DNA of 54,246 bases, counting the filler, from Ionaspis alba (taxonomy: Eukaryota): assembly GCA_964255285.1 (NCBI GenBank). It is 4 parts of 4 records of this genome, joined end to end, with 100 filler letters (N's around TTAATTAATTAA, not from the genome) between each part and the next. Parts side by side here need not be neighbours in the genome. Positions count along the whole stretch, not along the records: positions 1 to 13,537 come from CAXUUL010000457.1; 3 more parts are not named here. One strand, 5' to 3'. A program made the position numbers and the translations under genes. Below are positions 1 to 10,522 of this stretch, in pieces. Every line of letters begins with the position of its first letter. The first letter of the stretch is position 1. The notes beneath the pieces are model-generated. The model searched no databases and was not told the origin of the DNA. It saw nothing but the letters and a program-made list of their open reading frames with translations.

Positions 1-820
1 TGGTAGGCATGCATGTGCTTTACAGCTTGATGGCCTTTCGACCGATGTTTGTGGTGAACCTGATGTTGTTACATGGTGGTCACGTCGAGAACTGGCGCCA
101 CCAGTCGTATGTGGTAGACCGCGGAGGAAGGTCACGGTCGATTGTGGAGAGGAGGAGACTGTTAGAGCAGCGGAAACACACCTGTGGAGCACGACTCATG
201 TGCATAGACCCAGCAAACGCATGCGGAAAGCTCGCTGGGCTGCGAGAAAACATTCGTGAGGTAACAGCATCGCAAACCAACGGCGAGGTGATTCTGTGCC
301 CGAACTATCGTTCTGTGTGGATAAGTGGTTCGGAAGACGTCATGAGATAGGAGGTAAGCCTACAACGATGCTTGGCAGTTCAAGCAAAGAAAAGTGTATT
401 GATGCCGATCCCATTTTTGTCTCTCCTCATTCTGCTCCCCCGCTTTTTATTTTCAATTACTCACGTTTTATCACTTATTTATTTTTGTTGAGTGAATTTT
501 TATTAGCGCATTCGTGTCTCGACGTTGTCAGGGGCTGATCATCATCCGTGATTGGGGTTGCGCTTTGGCTACGCACACAAAACACCGTCTGATCGCAATA
601 TTGTTTTCCAATAATTAGCCTTCATATACATTCATATATTGCTATAGTTAATATAACTCATACTGTTGCATATCCTCAAGATCTACTCTTTTCTATAGAG
701 AAGGGAGCTAGTGTCTAACAGGGTAGAGAATAGAAATGTCCCATTTCTACACGCTCTAGCTTATAGAATAGCTTGTCTTGTTCCCAAACTGTAACGCCGA
801 TCCATGTTGCACGAATTGCT

Positions 821-2166
821 CTATGACTCTAGGAACCACTTGTGCTCTAATGCTTCCCGTGCCGTGATCCTTTTCTCTGGATTGAAGTTCGCCATTTTCG
901 AAATAAGGTCCCTGAAATCCTCGTCAATGATTTCATCTTGCCATAGAGAGAATGGTTCTCGAGGGTACTCGGCGTTGAAACTGGACCGCACTGCCTGGAA
1001 AATCTCGATCCAGGGGTTTTCTGGGTTCCCATTATGGAGATACTGAAGGAACCCATTGAACGCTTCTAGATCTCCAAAGTAAGACAGTTGGCGTTCAAGA
1101 ACGATGGATAGGATTTCTTCGTCTTCGCCAAGTTCCTCTTTCAGAACGCCAAAAATTATTCGTTTAGTCAAGGCGTAAATGCACTGCAAACTCGTTAGGG
1201 TCATCCTCTAAGCTTAGGGCCACAACACATGTCCTAATGAACTTACAACGATAGCGAATGCGAAAATATCGGAAGGTTTGTTCATAGGGCCTTCTGCATG
1301 TGCTTCAGGGCTGCGCCACATCCAATTCCCTAATTGTGCGCCGATAAGGTTTCCGGGAGGAGGGCAATGTGCACTGTCTTCGAGGTCAGTGAGCTGCGTC
1401 TGCTCAACCACAATTCCGTAAGGCCCATCCGCCGTTTCAATCAGGATGTTGTTTGCTTTAATATCTGATGTTTATCAGCCACCGCCTAGCTGTCTGAAAA
1501 TGAAATATTTTATTACCGTTGTGGACAATATCTTTATCGTGCAATGCAGCAAGCCCTCGTAGCGCATCTTTGAGAATTTTTTTCGTGATAGCGATCGGTA
1601 AGTTCTTCTGCACCAATCCTAGAAGATTTTCTTTGAGATATTTGAAGACAAATATTGACTGGTTCGGGGCAGTGTCTTCCAATCCGCGTACGTAGGGGCA
1701 GTCACCCAACCGTCGGTATATTTCTAAACGAAATTCGTAGTTATTTCGAGGAATCTCTTTCAACACAAACTTTCCATTGCCGTCTCTGTATTAATTTCAG
1801 TGGGTAAACCACATTGGCCATATTCGGAATAATGTACGTAGCAAGAAAGACACGACCTAACAAACTTCCCTTGTCTTGAAGGACGCGTTCGATTTGGTAC
1901 TGACAGCCGGACTGGCCTTTGATCTCCGTCGGGTGAGCTCTCTGTAGATCTGTACTCATAGCGTCCGCTGACGACGAAGATTCTGCTATTGTGCTGGAAA
2001 AGCGACGAAATCGTAGTTGAGCTTGCAAAGTTACAACTGCTGGCATTCGCAGACAAATAGGTGATTCTGGGGGACTGCTCCAAAACACTCTGGGAGAGAA
2101 AATTTTCAACGGACGCAAGACTGCGGGGGGGGTATGGCAGCAGCGGAATACATTGACTCGCATCAT
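821..2166 (-). CDS. Atypical Ser/Thr protein kinase-like protein (4 exons)
   Basis: Removing GT-AG introns 1786-1837, 1465-1516 and 1184-1246 joins the ORF pieces in frame. This gives FVLKEI (beta3 Lys), catalytic loop IVHNDIKANNIL, TDLED in place of DFG, WRSPEA, KPSDIFAFAIV and PEKRITAREALEHKWF, ending at TAG 821-823. The start codon is uncertain (ATG near 2166/2163, or MSTDLQ near 1959). Confidence 0.85.
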
Positions 2167-2380
2167 GGAAACCAGCGCAACATCGTGCAATCTCGCAAGG
2201 ACTGTAAGTAGGTCGATAAGGCCACAGCAACGCCCAGAAGCGCCGACCCTTGTGTCAAGGGCGGAACCCGCTTAATCATCTGACCATTTTGCCAGGGGCA
2301 GGGCAGCACGGCCCTAAGAGGCACACCAACAATTTCTCTCACCAACATCGTTTCCCGTAAGAAGCAGATCTCGTAACCGC

Positions 2381-2573
2381 AGAGGCTCACGGCGTAATTG
2401 TATTTTGGTTTCACTTAACGCTGGCGAAGACGCAACCGTCCTAATTATGGCTTCTGCTGTTCTCACGTTCCAGTCTAAAACAAAGTTTTAAATTGTTAGA
2501 GGCTCACAGCGTTTTGTATTTTCGTTTCATTTAACGCTGCCGAAGGCGCGACAGCTCTCATAGTGGCCGCTAC
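2381..2573 (+). repeat. Imperfect direct repeat, two copies of ~75 bp, 117-bp period
   Basis: Copy 1 (2381-2457) reads agaggctcacggcgtaattgtattttggtttcacttaacgctggcgaagacgcaacc. Copy 2 (2498-2573) reads agaggctcacagcgttttgtattttcgtttcatttaacgctgccgaaggcgcgacag. Confidence 0.85.
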
Positions 2574-2587
2574 GACATGCTGCCATC

Positions 2588-2594
2588 TATAAAA
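2588..2594 (+). promoter_or_regulatory. Putative TATA box of the 101-aa gene
   Basis: TATAAAA about 180 nt upstream of ATG 2770, followed by a CT-rich leader typical of fungal 5' UTRs. Confidence 0.55.
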
Positions 2595-2769
2595 GCTCAT
2601 GCTTCTCTGCAAACCTCTTTTACTTTCTTCCAGCTCCATTGCACGAATCTCCTAGATCCTTCGACTTCATCCTCTCTTCTTATCACACATCCTAAGTAAA
2701 GTCTTCCACGTCTATACCTACTACACCCAGTGAATCTTTCCAAGTCCTTCAGTGGCAATTGAAGATATC

Positions 2770-3132
2770 ATGTCGGGACGCTACATATCAGGCAAGCTCA
2801 TCAAAAGTGTCCAATCAGGCGGAAAGAACGTCGCCATTGAATACGTCGAGAAAACGAGCTCTTGGATCCGTCCATCAAGCTTCCCTTCACAATCAGTACA
2901 GGACGATTTTGTCAAAGTAGCTCAGAAAAGTGTCTCCGAATTCAAGGCGGGTACCATTAAAATCGCTATGAAGTACGTGTTCGAGGTTTCTTCCTAATGC
3001 ATTTGGTCTAGATGCTTACAAAGAGACAGGGAATCCGAGCATCAGAGCGATTCCGATACAAAACGTCATTACACTGCCTATGGAATCGATGCCAAAGGCG
3101 AAGTCATTGATGTCAAGCACCTCTACAAGTAG
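2770..3132 (+). CDS. Small hypothetical protein, 101 aa, 2 exons
   Basis: Exon 1 is 2770-2972, the intron is 2973-3029 (GTACGT...ACAG) and exon 2 is 3030-3132. The total is 306 nt in frame: MSGRYISGKLIKSVQSGGKNVAIEYVEKTSSWIRPSSFPSQSVQDDFVKVAQKSVSEFKAGTIKIAMKESEHQSDSDTKRHYTAYGIDAKGEVIDVKHLYK*. Confidence 0.75.
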
Positions 3133-4083
3133 ACTCAGTGGACGGGAGAAGGTGCATTTTTAGGAGATGTTGGTTGAAAGGTGGTGGGGCGGAAGACTCG
3201 ATATTCGCGAAACTCTGACTCTAAGCGACGCCTCAACTGCCCTCCTGAAAATCTTTCAGTAGGTGAGTTGGAGCTTGGCACTGCGATTGATCGTCCAGGC
3301 TGGTTCTTAATTCCGAGGAAGAAGGGACTCCAGAGATTCAGATATTAGTCTCTCAAACTTCATATTCAGGCTGGTCACGAAAGAACCACAGTTTGAAGTC
3401 CATAGCGTCAACCCTCTGCTTACTGCATGTATATCTGCTTCGAATTTTCACAATTTGTAGATCTTGGGACAAGCCATTGATAAGGTACCCTTGGAACCCG
3501 CTTCCTTGTTCTATCCAAACCACCCGTTCCACCGTCGCGCTGACAGAGGCTATGGGTGGAAATGGATATCTCATCTGACTATGTAAGAGGCTAAGTTCTG
3601 AGGACTAGAAGTCGCCTAAATAAATTGTTCAACAGCGCCTTAGGGACGGGTAAGTCCGCGCCCCCACCGAGGTGGATCTGAGTAACGCTGCTGCCTATGC
3701 TGGCAGACCAGTCAAATGAGTGCTCACCTGCGCCGCGCGACGCGCGGGTGGGCGGCCCCACCTTACGCTGCAACCAGGGTGAGCCCGATGCAGTTTTTAC
3801 TTACCTTTGGCACACTTGCAAATTCCTTATCTCAACTTCGGCATATCTAGATCTGCATTAGACATGAGAGTATTGAGCTTTCCCACAAAGGAGGGATCGC
3901 GCCATGTGCTACTGACTCGTTCCTGCAAGGTACGGATAAGCTGTCAAGGGTTAGGAAGAGCTGCCATACCCTCTATCTCCGCACGATGGCCAGAGATAAG
4001 AGAGGCGATGGATCTCTGCAGTTTTGCTTGTCCAGCTGTCACACAGCGAGATCTGTTGTTGTGTTGCTCATTGTCTATACAAA

Positions 4084-6297
4084 ATGCTGGAGCTTCTTCT
4101 TTGGTTCACTCTGTTCTCCTCTACATTAGCGGTGTCGTTTGTTTCAACCGGCTCTACAGTAGTGCTTAATGGCATCCCTTATTATGTTCCTGCGAAACCT
4201 GTGACTACATTTAGTCTCCGCCCTGAGCAGCTCAAATCTGCTGCAGCTGTTGCTGACCTTATGCCTCTGACGGCCATCGAGACATCTCGGTTGACATTCA
4301 CCCAGAAAGATCTAGACGAGACAGTCGCCAATTTCACGGCTAAGGACGATGTCTTCCAGCCTGGCTTTCTTCAAGGTACAGAGATGCCACATTGTGCTAT
4401 ATAAACATTTGCACCTGATGCAGTTCTTCTTGTTTAGTGAATGATAGGCTCAAAACCTAGCTTGTGATCTAGTTGCCATCGTTACATCCTACCATCATGT
4501 TTATTGTTTGCTGGCATAACTGCACATAGTTCTTTGTTGAGTTGCCGGCTGATCAGGGGTACTAGCACTTTTTGTGATATACACGGGCAATCTGACTCCT
4601 GGTCCAAGAAAACCAGTCAAAACAGCAATCAATCCGGACATAGTTGTGCTCGAGGGTAGTGCAGCTGATAAGCACAATACCTCAGGCTCTGGTTTGCCTC
4701 CCGGACCTTATTTTCTATCTACCACGTCCGGTGCGGTTTTCCAAGCCTACAGGCTGTACTCCGACTTCGCCGGAGCCTTTACTCAGCCTCTGATTCCCAG
4801 CACGGACGGTACCTACGCAGCACTACCAGCTGCAATTCCTGGAATTGCTAGCCCTGCAGTCGGCGTCCCATCACGTCTCTACTACAAATCCACACCAGAA
4901 AAGCCCCTTGCAGGAGTCCGATTAGGAGTAAAAGACATCTACGATATAGCTGGCGTGAAAACTAGTAATGGCAACCGTGCCTGGTATGCTTTCTATTCTC
5001 CTGCCAACGCAACCGCTGTTTCGGTTCAACGCCTCATCGACGCCGGCGCAGTCATCGTTGGCAAAATGAAAACCAGCCAGTTCGCCAATGGAGAGCAAGC
5101 AACGGCAGACTGGGTCGACTATCATTCTCCTTTCAATCCTCGTGGTGACGGTTACCAAGACCCATCTTCTTCCAGCTCTGGTCCCGGAGCCGGGGAAGGC
5201 TCCTATCCTTGGCTGGACATCACCCTGGGTTCCGACACGGGTGGCTCCATCCGCGGCCCTTCGCAAGTCCAAGGTCTCTTCGGCAACCGGCCAACCCACG
5301 ATCTCGTCCCTCTGACCGGTGTCATGCCTTTAGGCCCTCAGCTCGATACTGCAGGCTTCCTCTGTCGGGATCCAGCAATCTGGTTTGCGGCCTCTAAAGT
5401 CCTCTACCCACAAATTAAAGCCTACACGCAATACCCACGCATATTGCAGCTCATCAGTTTTCCCAATCCTGCATCCAACCTCACCGAATCTAGAACCCTC
5501 ATTCTGTCCTTCCTTGCCAAGCTCGAAAAGTTTCTCGGCGCTACCTCAAAGCCCTTAAATGTCACCTCTCTATGGACAACAACGCACCCATCATCGGCAC
5601 CCGCCTCCTTGGCCTCATTCCTCAATCTCACCTACCCGGTCATCATCTCCAAAGAGCAAACACGGCTTGTCCGCGACCCCTTCTATGCAGCCTATGGCGC
5701 CGCTCACGACGGACGCCGTCCCTTCATCGATCCTGCACCACTTGTTCGATGGGCATTTGGAGACAAGTATCCATTCTCGGCGGTTGCGGAGGCAGTCAAG
5801 AACAAGACTTTGTTCATGGATTGGTTCAATTCACAGGTTGTGAAGCCGGATGCTGCGACATGCTCGGATAGTTTGGTGCTCTATATTGGGGGAACGGCGG
5901 ATTCACCGAATTACCGGAACCTGTACAACCCGTGAGTAAAGCTCCTCTATCTCCTAGCTCTTTCTTCCTTCGCAGTTGCGAATTCTGTACCGCTTTCATT
6001 CAGCCGCTAACATGAAGTAGCGCCCCTACGGTCCCTACGGGCTTTAGTACGGGCCGCATTTCCGTATTCGCTGAAGTGCCTGATTTCGTCTTTCCGATTG
6101 GACAGGCGTCGTATATGTCAAACATTACGATGCACAAAGAGTTTCTGCCAGTCAGTGTAGATATCATGGCGGCGAAGGGATGCGATGGGATGCTCTTTCA
6201 GCTGGCGCAGGATCTTGCAGCGGTTGGGCTGGTGGGGGCTACGAGAGCAGGGCAGACGATTTATGGCGGGGATGTTCTATTTCGGAGAGGAGATTAA
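4084..6297 (+). CDS. Amidase-signature family protein (GatA-like), probably secreted
   Basis: Exons are 4084-4375, 4566-5931 and 6021-6297, with in-phase GT-AG introns. It has an N-terminal hydrophobic signal-like segment ([16 protein letters not shown]), the catalytic Lys in [17 protein letters not shown], and [11 protein letters not shown] (Ser-cisSer-Lys triad motifs). Confidence 0.9.
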
Positions 6298-6812
6298 AAG
6301 GAGAGGGGTAGGATATAGAGAAGGGACGATGTGGAACAATTGCAGAGTACGATGAGATGACGGGAAATCTACTGCATGTGTTTGTATTGAAAATCAACAT
6401 TGACTTCGACTTGAGTAGTCATAGCATGTTATCACTGCGGTTCTGACCCTCAACCTATGCACAAAACCCATCTTCCTCACTCTAGAGCTCACATGTCCAA
6501 CCGAACACCCTTAGCACGACTCCTCATACCGCGCCGAGAACAAAAGATCACATGCCTTAAAATAAAAGCATGCTTCCGAGAAGACAAAATAGCTCAAGCA
6601 AGACCGAGAAGACCCCGTTCCTCCACAGCAAGAAACAGTGAAACTTTTGGCCAGCTTGAGCATTAGAAATGTAAAAGATTTTTAGCCCCCGACTGGATCG
6701 TCAAGTCGTCAAAACGCCGTCTTCTTTGTTGCTGCTTTTCCGAAGATATATGTACGTGAAGTTTCCTCCTCTATGCGTGTTCTCCATCTTTGCTTTAAAA
6801 CCGACACGATCT

Positions 6813-9773
6813 TTACGGATGCCCGTGAGGCATCGCGTGGTGGTCCTGTCCTCCCGAGCCATGTCCTTCTGAGTCCACGGCTTTGCGATTAGCTCCTGTT
6901 CGCTCGTCCTCGCTCTGACTAGCGCTGTCTTCGCCGCCTTGTGCTTCGTGGCGTAATTGTTCCGCACGATCCGAAAGTACCTTTGCTTCCTCGGCTGCTT
7001 TCTGCGCTCGGATCTGTTTCCGCCACATGCTTGCATATCTACCTTTCAATGCAAGTAATTCATCGTGAGTGCCGCTCTCTGCTACCTGTCCCGCGTGAAG
7101 CACAAGAATTTGGTCAGCGGTAGTGATGGTGGATAGACGATGTGCGATGACCAGTGTGGTTCGACCTTGAGATAGCTTGTCTAGAGCTTCCTGTATGTGT
7201 TGCTCGGTCTCACTGTCAAGTGCAGCGGTGGCTTCGTCGAGAAGGATGATGCGCGGATCTTTCAAAATGGTTCGAGCGATGGCAACTCGTTGCTTCTCAC
7301 CACCGGAAAGCTTAAGACCGCGTTCTCCAACTCTAGCTTCGTAGCCATCAGGGAAACCAAGAATCTTCTCATGGATACTAGCAGCTCGGCAGGCATCGTA
7401 GACTTCCTCGTCCGTGGCAGATGGGTTTGCGTACTTTAGATTATACATTAGTGTTTCGTTGAAGAGCACAGTATCCTGTGGTACTACTCCGATGTGCCGC
7501 CTCAAAGAATCGATCCTGATGTCTTTCACATCGTGCGCATCGATCTGTATGCTTCCATCATTGGTGTTATAAAAGCGAAAGAGTAAGCGGAAGATAGTAG
7601 ATTTGCCTCCTCCGGATTCGCCCACCAGAGCCGTTGTAGTTCCAGGTGCACAACGGAAGTCGACTCCTCGAAGTGCAGGTTTGCGAGGATCGTAAGCGAA
7701 TTTCACATCACTAAAACGAATCTCGCCCTGACAGGATGGTAGGTCTTGCGCATTTGGTTCATCAATGACGGTGGGTCTTTCTTTGAACAACTCTAACATG
7801 CGTTCTGAGTTGATCATGGCAGATTGAATAGAACGGTAAAAGGTACCAAAGAAGTTTAGTGGACCTTGAAGCTGAGCCATGTACGTTAGAAGGGCAACAA
7901 ATTGTCCAACGGTCAATAGCTTAGTGACAACTTGATAGGCAGCGATGAAACAGGCGATCAGAAGACCGAGAGTAAAGACCATGTTCTGAGAAACATTCAT
8001 GATGTTCAGCGAGATCAATACCTTGTACTCGGCCTTTTGAAAGTCTCGCACTGCTCCACGGTAACGGTTGAATTCATACTGCTCGGCATTGAAGTATTTG
8101 ACTGTCTCATAAGATACCATCGAGTCATTTCTAGTAGTGTTAGTTAGGGAACGGTAGCATGTGTTATAAGAAGAATGGCCTACTTCACTGCATCCTCTTG
8201 CCGGCTAAAATTAACCATCTCTCGACGGATCTCTGCTCGCCACTGAGCTAAACGGATGGTGAGATAGAGATATAGGAACGTGACAATGGCAACAACGAGG
8301 GCATAGTATGCATCGAAGAAGATCAGAAAGTATCCAATTGCCATTGCCAAATCAATGAGCATGGGAAGCACTTGGAAAGTGACTTGCTCCAGGAAGGTAT
8401 TGATGGAGTTGCCTTTACTGAGAGCTGAAAGAACTTCTCCGGTCTTTTTGCCAAGATGGAAATCCAGGCTGAGGCCATGGACATGCTCGAAGGATGCAGT
8501 GGATAGCTCTTGATAAGAGTACTGGCTAACCGGAATCCATAGTGTGCTGCGAATTGCTCCTAGGAGTCCGTTGTTCCCTTGAAGTAAGCGGAAGAGAATG
8601 TAAAGACAAATACCACCCCACGGAACCCTTGTACCATCGCCATCTTCGCCGGCGAGCTCATTTGTAATCTTGCTGACCTGTACGACGACCAGAACATTAA
8701 TAATCCGGGCGGCCAGGACGAGAATGAAGCATATCACAACGGTGATCTGCAGCTTCAAGGATTTGGCAGGCCAGAGATAAGGAAAGAACAGGGAATATCC
8801 ACGGATGTATTCCCACCAACTCTTGGATGGGATTTTGACAGGTCTGCTCCACCCTTCCGGCTGGTCGCCGTTCGGCTCGGTTGGAACAGCACCATAAACA
8901 TGACCATTAGCATTCCCGTTCTCGGCGGCATGGCCGTTGAGCAGGTTGGTTCTTTCTCCCGGATTTCGAGACTCTTCCCGGCTTGCTTGGCGATGCTTCC
9001 AGTTGCGGAGCACAACAAAAAGAGCATAGAAAAGTATCAGGGCAAGCAAGAAAAGCATCCGTAGGATATCAATGACCAGCTCGGTGGCTTCCCACTGTGT
9101 GACCCCCTTCCTCATCTTGCCGCCCGCAGGATCCGTTGCCGAAGGCTCTCGATGCTTGCCGGTGTAGACGGCCAAACATGCTCCAAGCATTATAATCTCC
9201 AACAAGAATGCAACTATCCATGTTGACCAGTGGGCAACGGTTGGAGAGGGTTTTGTATCGATTAAGGAAATTAGGAAGAGGCCGTAGACGAAGACGGAGG
9301 CCACAACGTAGATCTGAAGTAACATGGGATCAGCTCTTAGACTGACAATGAGCACGGATTGTACGAACTGCCACATGTTGACCGCACCACCAGCTGTCCC
9401 CCCTCTTCACGATAGCATGTACAATGACAACCACTGCGTTTCCAACGAAGGTAAGTATGGTCCCCACGGAGAGCCACGTGAATAGTAGCTTTCTTGCAGG
9501 ACTGAATTCACTGATACATAGCTTCCTATCCGCCTTGGCCCTCAGTCCTTTGTTCTGTGGCAACGGCTTTCCTCCAGGTCCTTTTTGCTCGGTGGAGACC
9601 TTCACGGTAGAGCCCTTAGGAGCGGTCACAATACTGTGGGTGGTGAAAGCAACCAGGAAGACAACCAGGAGAAGTAGAGGAGATGCAAAGTGAACGTAGA
9701 TCAGGATTCCCTGAGCAGTTCCATTAGACGCCCAAGGTGCAGAGACTTTGGGAGAAGCCGGGGGAGCAGCCAT
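6813..9773 (-). CDS. hmt1: Heavy-metal tolerance ABC half-transporter (Hmt1/ABCB6 family)
   Basis: Introns are 9314-9368 and 8131-8183. It has an extra N-terminal TM region and an ABC TM domain (HVHGLSLDFHLGKKTGEVLSAL). Nucleotide-binding motifs are Walker A GESGGGKST, Q-loop VVPQD, signature LSGGEKQR, Walker B IILLDEAT and H-loop IAHRLST. Confidence 0.92.
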
Positions 9774-10522
9774 GATCAACAAGAATAACGAGTGACCATA
9801 TGTACCACCCAAACACCCGTTGACCGGAGATGCACGGTCTAAGAAAGCGATGCAGCTGACATGATACTAGGAGATCCTGCTGAAGGAGGATCCTAAATGA
9901 CGGATGGGAACTGTGAAGAAGTAGTATTAGCAGTGGGGCAAGGGATATGGGTCATGTTCTCAAGTGGTTGAAGAATGGGAAATGGCTCGTGCCCGGTGCA
10001 TAGAGATCTCGAGGACTAGTGCTGTGCTAGCACATGCCACCGGCATGCCACCAGCAAGCCGGACCACCTTAGCACCACCAAGCAGATGCCGGTTAGTCTG
10101 TTCCTCTGCCTCTCCACTCCCTTCTCAATTTTCTTGACTGTGAAGAAGCCTCTAATCCAGTCATCGGGCCATCCTTTGCATCCCTGCAGGAAATTCAAAG
10201 TTCAAAACACCAAACGGGCATGTCCCCACTTGCGCCCGCGCGTCATCATTGGACCCGAGCGCTTCTGCATCCATCGGGGCTTGTCTTCTCCCGTCCCTTA
10301 GCTACATCGATCCATCTGCAACGGGATGTGGATATCTCTCAGAGGCGTCTCGATTGACAACACATTCAGCAGCAAGCCCGCTGTGAGAGGGCTTGCAGCG
10401 ATAGATAATCGAACACGGTCTTCTTGCACATGATGGCCACCATTGGCTTTGATGCTCCATGCCTCTTGACAGGGGATCGGGAGGTCATAGATCTATTGTG
10501 CGCTATGCAACCTTGAGCGGAC

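Noticed and set aside
1..800. ORFs 9-350 and 296-538 and the TpA-rich patch at ~620-775 (possible RIP-mutated remnant)
   Set aside because: There is no recognisable protein or transposon motif. The patch is short and compatible with an ordinary terminator or 3' UTR of the kinase.
4375..4565. Possible nested intron (stwintron) in the 190-nt amidase intron: internal TTTAG at 4437 followed by TGAAT could recreate a G|TGAAT donor
   Set aside because: Two-step splicing would remove one extra G and shift the frame to an immediate stop (CAA CAC TTT TTG TGA). The simple 4376-4565 intron keeps the frame.
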